Under the pieces are notes generated by a model. It was not told where the DNA came from and searched no databases. It saw nothing but the letters and a program-made list of their open reading frames with translations. Position numbers and translations under genes: made by a program. DNA of 64,000 bases from Antedon mediterranea (lineage: Eukaryota > Animalia > Echinodermata), in assembly GCF_964355755.1 (NCBI RefSeq), contig NC_092670.1:28880388-28944387 (forward strand). The letters are read 5' to 3'. This document shows, piece after piece, positions 14,240-24,750 of the stretch; the first letter of the stretch is position 1, and each line of letters starts with the position of its first letter.

Positions 14240-14580
14240 GAGTGAGTGAGTGGCCGAGCGGTTAAGAGTGAGTGAGTGGCCGAGCGGTTAAGACAGTGGA
14301 ACCGTAATCACGTAGCCATAACATCGGCAGGGGTTCGAGGCTCACTCACTTCATGGTTCTGGTGGTAGAACGAGTCTTCTCGGATAACGACTATAAACCG
14401 TAGGTCCAGTGTACACAACTTGCTCGTGTGCACTTTAAAGAACCTAGTACATCTTTCGAGACGAGTAGGGGGTTACCCCGGTGTATTAGTACATCACAGC
14501 CACTGATCACCAACTGGGCCCTCTGGGAGATAAGTCTTTGACTGAAGAGGTCACCCAGTATAAAGATAAAACAAACAAAT
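14240..14580 (+). mobile_element. tRNA-derived SINE with Deu/Nin-like central domain
   Basis: A box TGGCCGAGCGG (head duplicated), B box GGTTCGAGGC, core ggataacgactataaaccgtaggtcc...taaagaacc...gagtagggg, A-rich tail, flanking AAATG repeat. Confidence 0.8.
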
Positions 14581-14858
14581 GCATTATGACTAATTTATTT
14601 TTTGTGACAGGAGTCAAACCTTGATTAGGGAAAGCTATTTTTTGGCTCCTTTTCACACACACATACATAATTATTGTATTGTACTATTTATATATGATGA
14701 TGTGAATAAAGTTGGTATGATATTGTAGCTTCCATGTTTCGAATAAAAATTTCACCCTCAACCTAATGCTAGCTATCCTATAATTATAGCTGCCCCAGAA
14801 GGCAAAGAAAATGGCTCTCAATAGTAAGGTATTTTGGCTGAAAAAAATGAATGCTTAC

Positions 14859-15066
14859 CAACAATGCCAACCATAATATGTTTGCGCATTTCTACAACCA
14901 CATCTTCTCTCCCATCAGATTTTTCCTTAACACGACGCAAAGTGCGGACAAAATCTTGAAATTTCTCCTTCCTCTCATCTTTGCCCGATAACTTTGGACT
15001 TCCAGGAAAACTTATGTCTATCCACTTTTCCAGAACATTTGAGACTTTTAAATTTGATTTCAAACT
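14859..15066 (-). CDS. Host gene coding exon 7 (C-terminal half of second death-fold domain)
   Basis: Acceptor ttttctcag, donor G|GTAAGC, phase 0/1. KVSNVLEKW...FQDFVRTLRRV...GREDVV resembles death-domain helices 4-6. Confidence 0.75.
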
Positions 15067-15119
15067 CTGAGAAAAAATGGCAAAAATGTACACTTAGGTT
15101 GTGAAGTAAATAAGATTCA

Positions 15120-15465
15120 GCAAATTCGCTTGTGCTTCAGACATAAAGCATCAAGGACACAGGCTTTTTTCCATTCTATAGCAATCAGGTTACCCCGTGT
15201 ATGGGACCAGCTTCCCAGACCGTTGACAGATGCTGCAGTCCTAGAAAGCCCATCAGCCTTCATTAGAAAAGTTCATATTCATTTTGATTCGCTGTAACCG
15301 TATTTTGTCTTTACATCTTTTATGTGTAAACTGACTTTGGGGTTGGGTCAACCGGCTCAGCTACAGTGATTAAGTTCACTTAGGTTGACCCTGGTCTCCC
15401 CAATTTCAGTTTTTTTTGTTTTGTATATACTTAAATAGACCAAATAAATAATGAAATGAAATGAA
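15120..15465 (+). mobile_element. 3' LINE remnant with (GAAAT)n tail
   Basis: AATAAA followed by gaaatgaaatgaaa, with a hairpin-rich 3' UTR. Confidence 0.45.
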
Positions 15466-15959
15466 ACCACACTTTTACCTTGAAAATGTATTTGAATGAC
15501 TACTGTGAAAAAGGACACAACCCGTATTAACCTAAATATATTTGATTGGATGATTGTAGCTCACATATTGTTTACTACAAACTCAGTAAAATCGGTTTTT
15601 TTAAAGGAAAAAAAATGCATAGATGGAAATCCTAAAGGGCCGCCTTTTGTTTGGCTTTGACAAGATGTAAAATCGTCTTAAAAAACAGAATTGGTCTGTT
15701 TCAGAGTTGCTTGCCGATTTTTTCTATACCGCTAGTTTATCTTTCTTCTAGGAACTAGGTCTAGGAATACAGTATGTTGTTCGGTTTTCGACATAATTCA
15801 CAGTAGGTGTGTTATAAACAAATAATAAATGTTTTATATTCTTTCAATGGTAAATAAGGTTATACTGTAGTTCCATCTCTCACCTTATGAAATTGTTTGC
15901 CCCATTGCATTCATAAACATGCATTATTTGTATACAGGTAATTGAGTGATTGGATGTAT

Positions 15960-17285
15960 AACTAGAAAGCCACTCCAAGAGTGCATATGTCCGCCTACTG
16001 TAAAATTCTCCTACATAAGATTTCTCCGGTAAAAAAATATATTTGTGTGTGTCTTAATGCTGTTTGTGATTAAGGCTAATTTCACTACAAGCATGTGTAT
16101 GCGAGTTTGTTGTAATGGTTATATAACAAGCCTTTCAATTATCAAATACTTCAGTTGACTAACAATAGAACAGCAACGCGAAAATAAAACTAGTGAATTT
16201 GAAAAGAAATAGGTTTTTTAAACTACTCGCATCAAAAAACGTGCACATTAAATCAAATTATGTTTCAAAATTACAAATCACAAATTATAACTCTTGCCTC
16301 TTGTACAAAAATGAAGTTTTTTGGACAAGTAGTTCTTGAGAAAATGCAATTTCAGTTTACTACTTACTTTAAGACTGCTCGCCGGCTTTTGAAAAATTCT
16401 GTCCTATCTTTTAACACTAGCAGGTCTGAAAAGTATACTGAAAAGTGGTCCAGAATTGGGACCATGGTCCCAAAATTTAATGGAATGGTCCTTGCCCATA
16501 GCAAACAAAATTAGTAGATTTAAGTAGTCGTAAGTAGAAACAGCTCTATTTTTAGTAGCCCTAATAGTTTTTAAGTAGACATTTTTATCTCGCCTGCTAA
16601 GGATTTTAACTCAATGAGTCAACGATGGAATGACTACTTCCCAGCTATATAAAATAGATAGTTGATTAATAGTTACTGGTGGCTATTAATTATTTGTTAA
16701 CAGTCTATTGATAGGTTATTGGTAGCCTTAGTATAGCTATTATAAGTAGACAGTTGATAGATATGATACTCATAGATTTCTAATAGCTATCTGGTAGTCC
16801 ATATCTATCTATTGTATAAAATAGATAGTTTATTAACAGTTACTGGCTATTATCAGTTTGTTTATGTCTATTAATAGGTTGCTGGTAGCCCTTGGTATAG
16901 CTATTGTAAGTAGAAAATAGATAGATGTATACAACTTTGTTACTCACATTAAAAATAGTGAAAAATCTATCTAATACTATTAGTGGGGATTTTGAATTAT
17001 GCTATTGAGTTAAAACCTATTAGGACCTATCTAAAATCTGCCTAAAATCTACTTATTAGTAGGTACCTTAATAGGTATAAATAGAGCTATATCTATTAAG
17101 GCGATAACTTATAAGGCTAATAGATATAGAGCTATTTCTACTAAGACTTTTTGTTATGGGTGACCACATATCTATCTGTATAATCATTTTGGTGAAGAAT
17201 AAGATCTTGTAATTACTTTTTGAGTAATCCCTGCTAACAAACAAACACACGCTACCGATTACATATACCTCCTTGGCGGAAGTAA
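15960..17285. mobile_element. Helentron-associated (HINE/DINE-like) element
   Basis: Begins AACTAG..., subterminal IR tccgcc/ggcgga, terminal hairpin, (AAAC)n tract. Second partial copy at 12865. Confidence 0.55.
16495..17160. mobile_element. EnSpm/CMC-like MITE (CCC...GGG, 2-bp TSD)
   Basis: TIR CCCATAGCAAA / TTTGTTATGGG, TSD TG. The empty site cttgaccac is seen near 13016. Confidence 0.65.
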
Positions 17286-17813
17286 AATATTATATTGTGA
17301 CTAGCAGTTAGCAGCTTAGAAATAGTAATTACAGTAGTAAGAAACATAACCTAGCCTAGTGGTATCACTGCATTTGGAAAAATGGTAAATAAAAAGGGTG
17401 CTTAATCTTATGTTTGGCAGGAGCATGAGGTAGAAACATGAGCAAGAATACCCGGTTTTCATTTGAAATGGCGCCAGGCAGCATTGCTGCTATACTATAA
17501 CTGCAGCTGTGCTGATCACATGTGCTGCTGTCTCAATATCGCTAATGACCTGAGTGATCTAATTGTGATGTAGAAAAATGACCGATAAGAAATTGGCCTA
17601 AAAAACTATCAGACTTGCGGTTTAAGAGGAGATAGAGAAACAAATTTTGGCTTAATGCTATTATATTATAGAAAATTGTGACACCACATATAGACATTTG
17701 TGTTTTTTTTATTAGGCAAGTAAAATTGTATTCAAGAATAGCCAGGATCATTATGGTTGCCTCTAGTTTTTGGTCAATACTTCTAATTTTAAATAGCAAC
17801 ATTTAAAACTTAC

Positions 17814-18004
17814 TGATTGAAACTGTTTGCGTTGTTTTTCATCCCACTCGTCAATTTCATCTGCCATGTACCTTATGTAATCTTGTTTGAAGTTCTTTAA
17901 CTTATCTAATCCTTTTTTAAAATCTCTAAAGGCTTTGTTTTTTTCACTTTTCATAAAACCTTCGAAAAGCAACTCAAATGATGATTTACTTGCCTCTAAG
18001 CTTC
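17814..18004 (-). CDS. Host gene coding exon 6 (N-terminal half of second death-fold domain)
   Basis: Acceptor tttcaactag, donor GTAAGT, phase 1/0. Helical sequence SFELLFEGF...AFRDFKKGLDKL...YIRYMADEI. Confidence 0.75.
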
Positions 18005-18489
18005 CTAGTTGAAAACACAAATGTTAAATAAATAAATATTAAATATTAATATCATTGTAGGCATTATTATGGTATCAGATAATTTAAACCCTTTTCTACA
18101 AATAATTACTGTACTTATTTTAATTTCTAGATATTACCTAAATGTTGTATGCAGATGATTCTAAATTGTTTAAGAACATTCAATTTGGGTTTTTTATTTT
18201 TATTTCTTTGTTTAATTTTAATACCGTACTTATTACCGAACAGATTCATGAAATTCTAGTATTTTCAATTATGTGTGTCATTCCTTTTAACTAAAGTGTA
18301 TTTAAATAGAATTACACCAATATTGACTTTAATGAAATTTAGTTATTGAATTCAGATCTGGGTAAATTGTCTGCTTACGAGTGGTCACTTATGAGAGGTT
18401 CAACTGATACAGGGCTAAACTAGTTTCTAGATTTAACAAAAATGTGTATGAAGTTATAGAAAAACAAAAAAGAAATGCTTTTAACTTAC

Positions 18490-18912
18490 TATCTGAAGCA
18501 TTTATAGGGATGGGATTTCGATCATGTGGTTTAGTATTCATTACTGGTTTGGTAGTTTCCTTATCAACATGTGTTTGAACAACGGGTTCTGTCTGAATAG
18601 GGCGACGGTAATGTTCCTCTTTTAATGGCAGAATTTCTATCTGTTTTGGACTAGAATGAAATGCAGACTTTGGAGGCCCATGTTCGAAATGTCCATCAAT
18701 GACATGCATACCAGGCTCTTTCTGATTATGAACACCTTGAACACTAGGTTGCTGCTGAATAGGTGCACCAAATGATTGTTGAGAAGGAGGTCGATAGTTT
18801 GGATGGTTTGGATGAGAGTGTTGGTTTGGTACAAACTGGTTTTGTAAATACTGCAACTGTACGTTGTGACCTGTTCCTTTCGCCTTCCGAGTTACTACAT
18901 TACCGGATGTGC
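18490..18912 (-). CDS. Host gene coding exon 5 (Q/H/P/N-rich linker)
   Basis: Acceptor ctttttag, donor A|GTAAGT, phase 1/1, within ORF 18389..18982. Confidence 0.78.
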
Positions 18913-19087
18913 CTAAAAAGAGTTTTTGCCCATCATAAATTAGACTTTTCAGAAAATTGCATTTTTTACAATTTTTTAGCAATTTTTTTATGATCTATGA
19001 TTTAAAACACAAAAAGAACTTTCAGTATTACAAACATATGGCAGAATAAATGTTTGTTTTTCACTACTCTTAAACCAAAAACAATCT

Positions 19088-19204
19088 TTAAGATCTGTCT
19101 ATACAAAAACTGTGATGTGCCCATGGACACGATGACATCATATCACTACCATATTTGGGCACATCACACTTTTTATGTCAGTTTGATAGTGTAGAGAGAG
19201 CTTT
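19088..19204. mobile_element. Short Harbinger-like MITE
   Basis: Palindromic tgtgatgtgccc/gggcacatcaca with TAA/TTA flanks. Related copy at 37821-37978. Confidence 0.5.
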
Positions 19205-19228
19205 AGACAAAAAAAAGAAGATATTTAC

Positions 19229-19517
19229 CAGATTTCTTGGGATTTGTTAAGTTGAATCGATGACAAAAATCAATTACGACATCATTACGTTCTATAGATT
19301 CCAAAGCTTTTATCAAATTGTCAGGTGTGGCACCAGCTCCTGTTTTCTCACGCCATCTTTCCATGATCAAATATGGAAGCTCTTCAAGATCACGTTCTTT
19401 ATTCTCCATCAAATAAATCTCATTACTATCAAATGCAAGCGCTCTGGCAAAATCCTTGTAACTTTTTACAACTTTTTTTTTCAAAAACAAAATCATTTCG
19501 TCGGTAACCAATTTTGA
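19229..19517 (-). CDS. Host gene coding exon 4: death domain 1
   Basis: YKDFARALAFDSNEIYLMEN...LPYLIMERWREKTGAGATPDNLIKALESIERNDVV fits the death-domain pattern. Acceptor ttttcag, donor G|GTAAAT. Confidence 0.88.
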
Positions 19518-19699
19518 CTGAAAAAAAAGTTTATAAAAATGATGTTTTAAAGTATAGTAACAATGGATTGGAAGCAAGAATAACATTTATAAAAAAAATC
19601 CCTGACAACAAAGCACAATTTCTAAACTGTGTCAAATATTTTAAACCCTGCCTAAAACTTATATTAAAGCCTTCAAATAACCTAGCATAATTTTAACAT

Positions 19700-19955
19700 T
19701 GAGTGGAGTTGTGGCTTGGTGGTTATGATGCTTAGCTACCACTCCAAAGGTACTGGGTTCAAGTCCGGTCACATGTTAAGATTTTTTCTAAGGACAAAAA
19801 TACAACTCCACTCCCAAAGGCTTGTAATAAGACTTTTTGTTTATGTAGAGCATCTTGTGTATATGTTTGTCTTGTGAACCTCTGAGGGTTCCTAATCTTG
19901 GATGGGTCACCCTCATTAAATATGGTAAAAACCAAACAAAAAAAAACAAAAAAAA
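19700..19955 (+). mobile_element. tRNA-derived SINE
   Basis: A box TGGCTTGGTGG, B box GGTTCAAGTCC, A-rich tail. Confidence 0.6.
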
Positions 19956-20184
19956 ACCATAGCATAAACTTAAGACAACTTTGGTAATTGAAAATGCAGT
20001 GTTATTTTTATTTTTCTCACCCACTCTAAACTTGTTGAAACTCATCACTAGATTTTTCTAGCACATCCATTTAATTCCAAACATTTTTCCATAACGCTAT
20101 CTATAAATTGTGCAAGTTGCCAGAAGTGAGTGTTGTATTGTTGGGTCATATTTATCTATTTAACATGCTGGTTGTTCAACTTAC

Positions 20185-20331
20185 TTTTGGCATTGGCTGA
20201 TCTTGTTTGTTACCCGAGGTTGACTGAAGAGTTGATGAATTGGTAGGATTAGGAATGCCCATAGTAAGGGTGTTGCTTGTATTACCATGTGCTGATGTCT
20301 CCTGTTTTGGCTCATGTGACATCAATGAGCT
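20185..20331 (-). CDS. Host gene coding exon 3 (contains PKQET)
   Basis: 147-nt open frame SSLMSHEPKQETSAHG...QDQPMPK, acceptor tttaaag, donor GTAAGT, phase 0/0. Not in the ORF track. Confidence 0.7.
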
Positions 20332-20939
20332 CTTTAAAAGTACATACAATATTTAATATTAAGGAAATAAAGTACACCCAGATTAATTTATAATTATTAC
20401 TATGTGTAAAATGTGTTGCACTGCAATTCAAAATTTTTGAAAAATACTACAGTATACAGTATATATTTTTGTATCATTAAAAAGAACATTAATTAGCATT
20501 TAACAATTTGAAAGAAAATAAACATAAAACTATGGTGTTCATTATAACACCTAGTAGTAGTGTACAGACAACTCTCCCCGAGCAAGCTAAGACCAAATAC
20601 GAGTTTACCTAGGCAGCTTGGAAAGCCTTTAGGCCTAGCCTACTATCTATTTTTAATATTACGACAATAATATAGCCACCTTTGCTGGAAATAAAGGACT
20701 GATGACGTGTCCAATAAACTTGCTATTGTACATCAACTGAACTCAATGTTAGTTACAAACTAGAAGTTAAGCTACGGTAGTAATATTCATCGTAGAAAAA
20801 TTCTATTTATATTAAAAATTTCTATTTGCATGTCTCTGTTTTGTCTACCTGTACATAGCAGTCGCATATTGACTGATTAAAACTTTCAGGTTATTCCTCA
20901 TATTCATAATCTTTTTAGATAGAATGTTTTTAAACTTAC

Positions 20940-21229
20940 TGGCTCATCTCCTTCAGTTGTCCTTGATTGCCTGCTGTCTACAGAATCTTCTGGTGGGCAG
21001 GTTGGAACAGCACTAGAATTGGGTTGTGATATTTGAGATTCTGGATGTTCGCATGGAGTTGATTTAGGTTGGGCTTTACTTAGATCTGTCACCCTAGTAC
21101 CTGTCTGTGGTAATGGTGTTGGAATATTTGGTGGAGGTGACCTGTTCTCAGATTCTGGATGAGCTAATAAACTACAGCCATCTATACTAGCCTGTGTTGA
21201 AAATCCAGATGAAAATGATGTTGGCTTGT
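20940..21229 (-). CDS. Host gene coding exon 2 (Ser/Pro-rich)
   Basis: Acceptor tttcag, open frame NKPTSFSSG...TEGDEP, donor GTAAGT. Phase 1 in and phase 0 out, matching both neighbours. Confidence 0.75.
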
Positions 21230-21687
21230 CTGAAATTGAAAGATTTTATTGAATGTACAGTATGTTTGATTTTACAAAAGGTACTAAATGATTCAAATTC
21301 CATTCAGTCTATCAATCTTAAGCGATATTATAAATCCAAAATAAAATAACTGAAAAAATGGCAAGGCTGTGGCTGGATCTCCATAGAGGTAAATCACAAC
21401 AGTAAAGTAAAACAGTCAGAAAGCAATTGATAAACATCGGAAAACAATATTCATTAATAGCGATGTTTGTTGTATTTGCCTGCTCATACTGTTTCCCATT
21501 ATCCAACACCTTAAACCGGAACCTAACCTTCTGAAATGTTAATGAAAATACAGTATAGGCCTAGTTAGTTTTTATTAATTATAAATAAAACAAACAATAG
21601 CGGTGTTGGAAGTTACTATCGTCATGAAATTGAAAACAATATACATAATACTACATTATGTATTTATGAATTAGATAGAACACGGGC

Positions 21688-21730
21688 GTCTATTACACGG
21701 TGTTTCACGTTAAACGATCTTCAGATAGAC
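21688..21730 (-). ncRNA. Minimal type I hammerhead ribozyme (inverted copy, sense to host pre-mRNA)
   Basis: Reverse complement of the 22267 motif, with a better stem II (CGTT/AACG). Confidence 0.75.
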
Positions 21731-22266
21731 TGAACAATACCGTATCTCGAGGTGTTAAAAGGCTTTAGTCAGGTGGTATGTAAATGAACCCCCATACAGA
21801 ACGAGAAAGTGCGTGCAATTGCCGCAACAAACCAGAATGCCCCCTAAATGGTTCATGCCTCCCATCTGAAATTGTCTACTCCGCCGACGTCATAACCAAT
21901 AACGAAACTAAGACATATATTGGTATGACGGGTGGGCAGTTTAAAACTAGGTTTAACAATCACAAGAAATCTTTCAAAAAAGAAACGTACAGTAAAGAAT
22001 CCGGCTCTCAAAGTACGTATGGTCTTTGAAAAGTAATGACGTAATGTTTACAATTAAATGGAAAGTAATTAAATATTCCTCCACTAAGAACGCCGTTTAT
22101 GGGCGTTGTAGTCTTTGTCTAGATGAAAAGCTATGTATTCTAAATGCAAACAAAACAAATTTGTTAAACAAAAGGTCTGAACTGATTTCAAAATGTCGTC
22201 ACACCAAGAAAATTTACATACCACCTGACTAAAGCCTTATAACACCTCGAGATATGGTATTGTTCA

Positions 22267-22309
22267 GTCTATCTGAAGATCGTTTAACATGAAACACCGT
22301 GTAATAGAC
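22267..22309 (+). ncRNA. Minimal type I hammerhead ribozyme in Penelope pLTR
   Basis: GTCTAT-CTGAAGA-stem II-GAAA-CACCGTG-TA-ATAGAC. Stem I is perfect. Confidence 0.75.
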
Positions 22310-22424
22310 GCCCGTGTTCTATCTAATTCATAAATATATATTCGCTCTTGATTTCAATTGAGAACTTTTGCTTCCTCAACGCATCTATATAAATATAATA
22401 CTACATTATATGTACTGCACATAC

Positions 22425-22698
22425 TTTTTATTCCAATGTTCTTCTGTTTCAGACTATAGTCTTCTGCATCTAAATTCAACTTTGAAAACATTTTCATAAC
22501 ATCTTCATAGCATTTTCTATCCTTTGACTTTTGAAGAATGCTTTGACAGTTTTCTTTCAATTCTTTTAACATTTCCTTTAATGCTTTATTTTCTTTTTCT
22601 AGTTGCATATTTCTATTCTCCAACTGCGCATAATCATTGCTATTTATTGTTCCTATGCCAGTATTTGACGCAAAAGCGTCTGTTTCAATATCAGCCAT
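22425..22698 (-). CDS. Host death-domain gene, coding exon 1 (ATG; coiled coil)
   Basis: MADIETDAF...QLENRNMQLEKENKALKEMLKELKENC heptad pattern. Upstream acceptor ttgtag near 22737, donor A|GTATGT at 22425 (phase 1). Confidence 0.75.
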
Positions 22699-22869
22699 CC
22701 CTGCCTTCTACTAGCAATCACAGATCTATTTAATCTACAACAAAACAAACAAACACTTTAATTATTAAATTAGCTAATAAATAATATTGAAAAACTAGCC
22801 TTAACATTAAACATAATCAACACATTTAGTATAGTGAGTTGTATCATTGTAGATAATTGTATCATTATG

Positions 22870-23651
22870 CAGGGGCGGACGCAGGGGTGTTGCCCCAGTT
22901 GCCCAGGCAACACCCTTAATTTCATACTAAATGTTTTTTTCTGCCACTAAATTAAAATTTAGATCCCATTTCATCATATTATAGATTAACTATTAACGTT
23001 ATAGAAGTCCAGGGGGAAAAGACTATATTATCTTCATTTCCCTACTTCCGTAATATTTGGGCGATTTTCCTTAATAATTACGGACGTTACGAACTTTGAA
23101 AATCAGTGTTTAATTGCTTCTTTCTGCAAATTTCGATGGTGGTTGTACAGTTTAAAGTGGATAAATGAAAATGAATTTAGGAAATTGTGGTTTTACTGAC
23201 TTATTTTAGCATTTATTTCAAAATAATAAAATTTAAAGTTTTGCTCAATATATTTATAGCAGCAGCTTCACATTTTTTTTTCTAAATTGTTTTAATTATT
23301 AATTGATAATAATTAATTTGTATTCATTGATTTTAATTGCTAGAATTTATTCAATTATCGGAAGTACCTACCAAACAATGTTATCCTGGTTTTTCGCTTG
23401 TGTTTTACCGGCGGAAAAACCAGGCGTGATACGATCTGTTTGCTACTGTGTATCCCGATATAGAGTATCATATCTATTCGTGAATTTTACGTGCGAGCGT
23501 ACCATTTCCGGCCATCTAGGGGTGTCATTTAACAAAAATTCCCTCGCCACAGGCCCCACCCATGGGGGGCCTGTGGCGCAAATACTCAGTGTCTACGGCC
23601 CTCAGAGGACTCTTGGGCAACCCCCTTAAAATAGTTCTGCGACCGCCCCTG
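22870..23651. mobile_element. hAT-like MITE with 5-bp TSD
   Basis: TIR CAGGGGCGG.CGCAG / CTGCG.CCGCCCCTG, TSD TTATG. Confidence 0.8.
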
Positions 23652-24750
23652 TTATGTAACTGAAAATATTGGCTCCAGTACCTTTCTCCAGGTAAATATT
23701 TTTTTCCAAATGGTCACATGTTTCTACAGTATATGAGCAATTAAGGTTCAGTACTTTAGAGAATTTACTTTACCTTCAACCAAAATTGATGTGCATGGTT
23801 TGCATTCCGTGTAAAATTTAAATCAAGGTACAGTATATATATGGCCCAATCCCGTCATGACAGAAGATAACCTCAGGTCCAAAACATTATTTAGGTTTTT
23901 AACTACTCTGGTGACGAATACTGCGAAGCCTTTCACATTCAGCAACATAAGCATTGGCAGATAATTGGTGACCAGTTACCAATTTAGAACCCCAGGATGT
24001 TCAATTAGAGGCGAGAGTTTCCCAAGAACCAGTGGGAATATTAAAAGAAAACAGATCACGCTTAATAACATCTTTAAAATGGAGTTTTGGACGTCCGCGT
24101 TGTCGAGGTTAGTCAGCCAGTTCACCGTAGAAAATATTTTTTGGTAGACGGTAATCTTCCTGCCGAATAACATGACCAGACCAGCGTAAGCACCATTTTC
24201 TAAGCATCGTAAATATATCATTTGTACCAGTAATTGACAACACAGCACTATTGGATACACGATCACGCCAAGCAGACAGCGAAAGTGAAATGAGTTTAGT
24301 CTTTTCTCCTGATGACAATACATGGTCCAGGACTCTGAGCAATATAACAGGACACTTAGCACAATGTAGATATGAGTCTTCAATTTGATGGTAAGGTTAT
24401 GGTTGTTCCAATCACGAGCATGAAGTCTTCCAAAAGTGGTTGCTGATTTTCCAATACGTGTATCAAGCTCAACATCTAGTGAGTTAGCGTCACTTACTGT
24501 AGAACTGAGATAGGTGAATTTTCTTACAACTTCTAAGTAAGGGTTTACTATAAATTAAAATGTTAGGTGGTTCTGCATCTGCACCCTGAGCCATGATTAC
24601 TGTTGATCAACATTCCAAAATCTGAGCAAGCCTTTGAAAAGGAGCTGCAAGATGCCTGTAATTCAGATTTGGAGTGGGCAACAATGGCAGCATCATCCGC
24701 TGAAGAGGAAGAAGAGCAAGAACTTGCTTAATCTTTGTCTTCGCACGGAG

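Larger units (their letters stand above)
2742..14710 (+). mobile_element. Degenerate CR1-group (Crack/Daphne-like) LINE, split by nested insertions
   Basis: ORF1 remnants at 2856-3689. ORF2 pieces at ~3770-4723 (GDFN, PTR, IDHIY, SDH), 9559-11044 (NYRPIS, KAFDT, FADD) and 14135-14167. 3' UTR ends in AATAAA near 14710. Confidence 0.85.
21660..22394 (+). mobile_element. 5'-truncated Penelope-like element (GIY-YIG endonuclease) with inverted pseudo-LTR
   Basis: CNCRNKPECPLNGSC..IVY..YIGMT..FKTRFNNH and CSLCLDEK..LLNKRSELISKCRH. ~125-bp inverted repeat at 21661-21785 / 22212-22336. 15-bp TSD ATAATACTACATTAT. Confidence 0.9.

Noticed and set aside
14265-14350. tRNA gene
   Set aside because: A and B boxes are present, but it continues into a SINE body and tail.
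18840-22680. RHIM motifs (HNVQLQ, NTGIG, TLTMG)
   Set aside because: None matches the (I/V)Q(I/V/L/C)G core.
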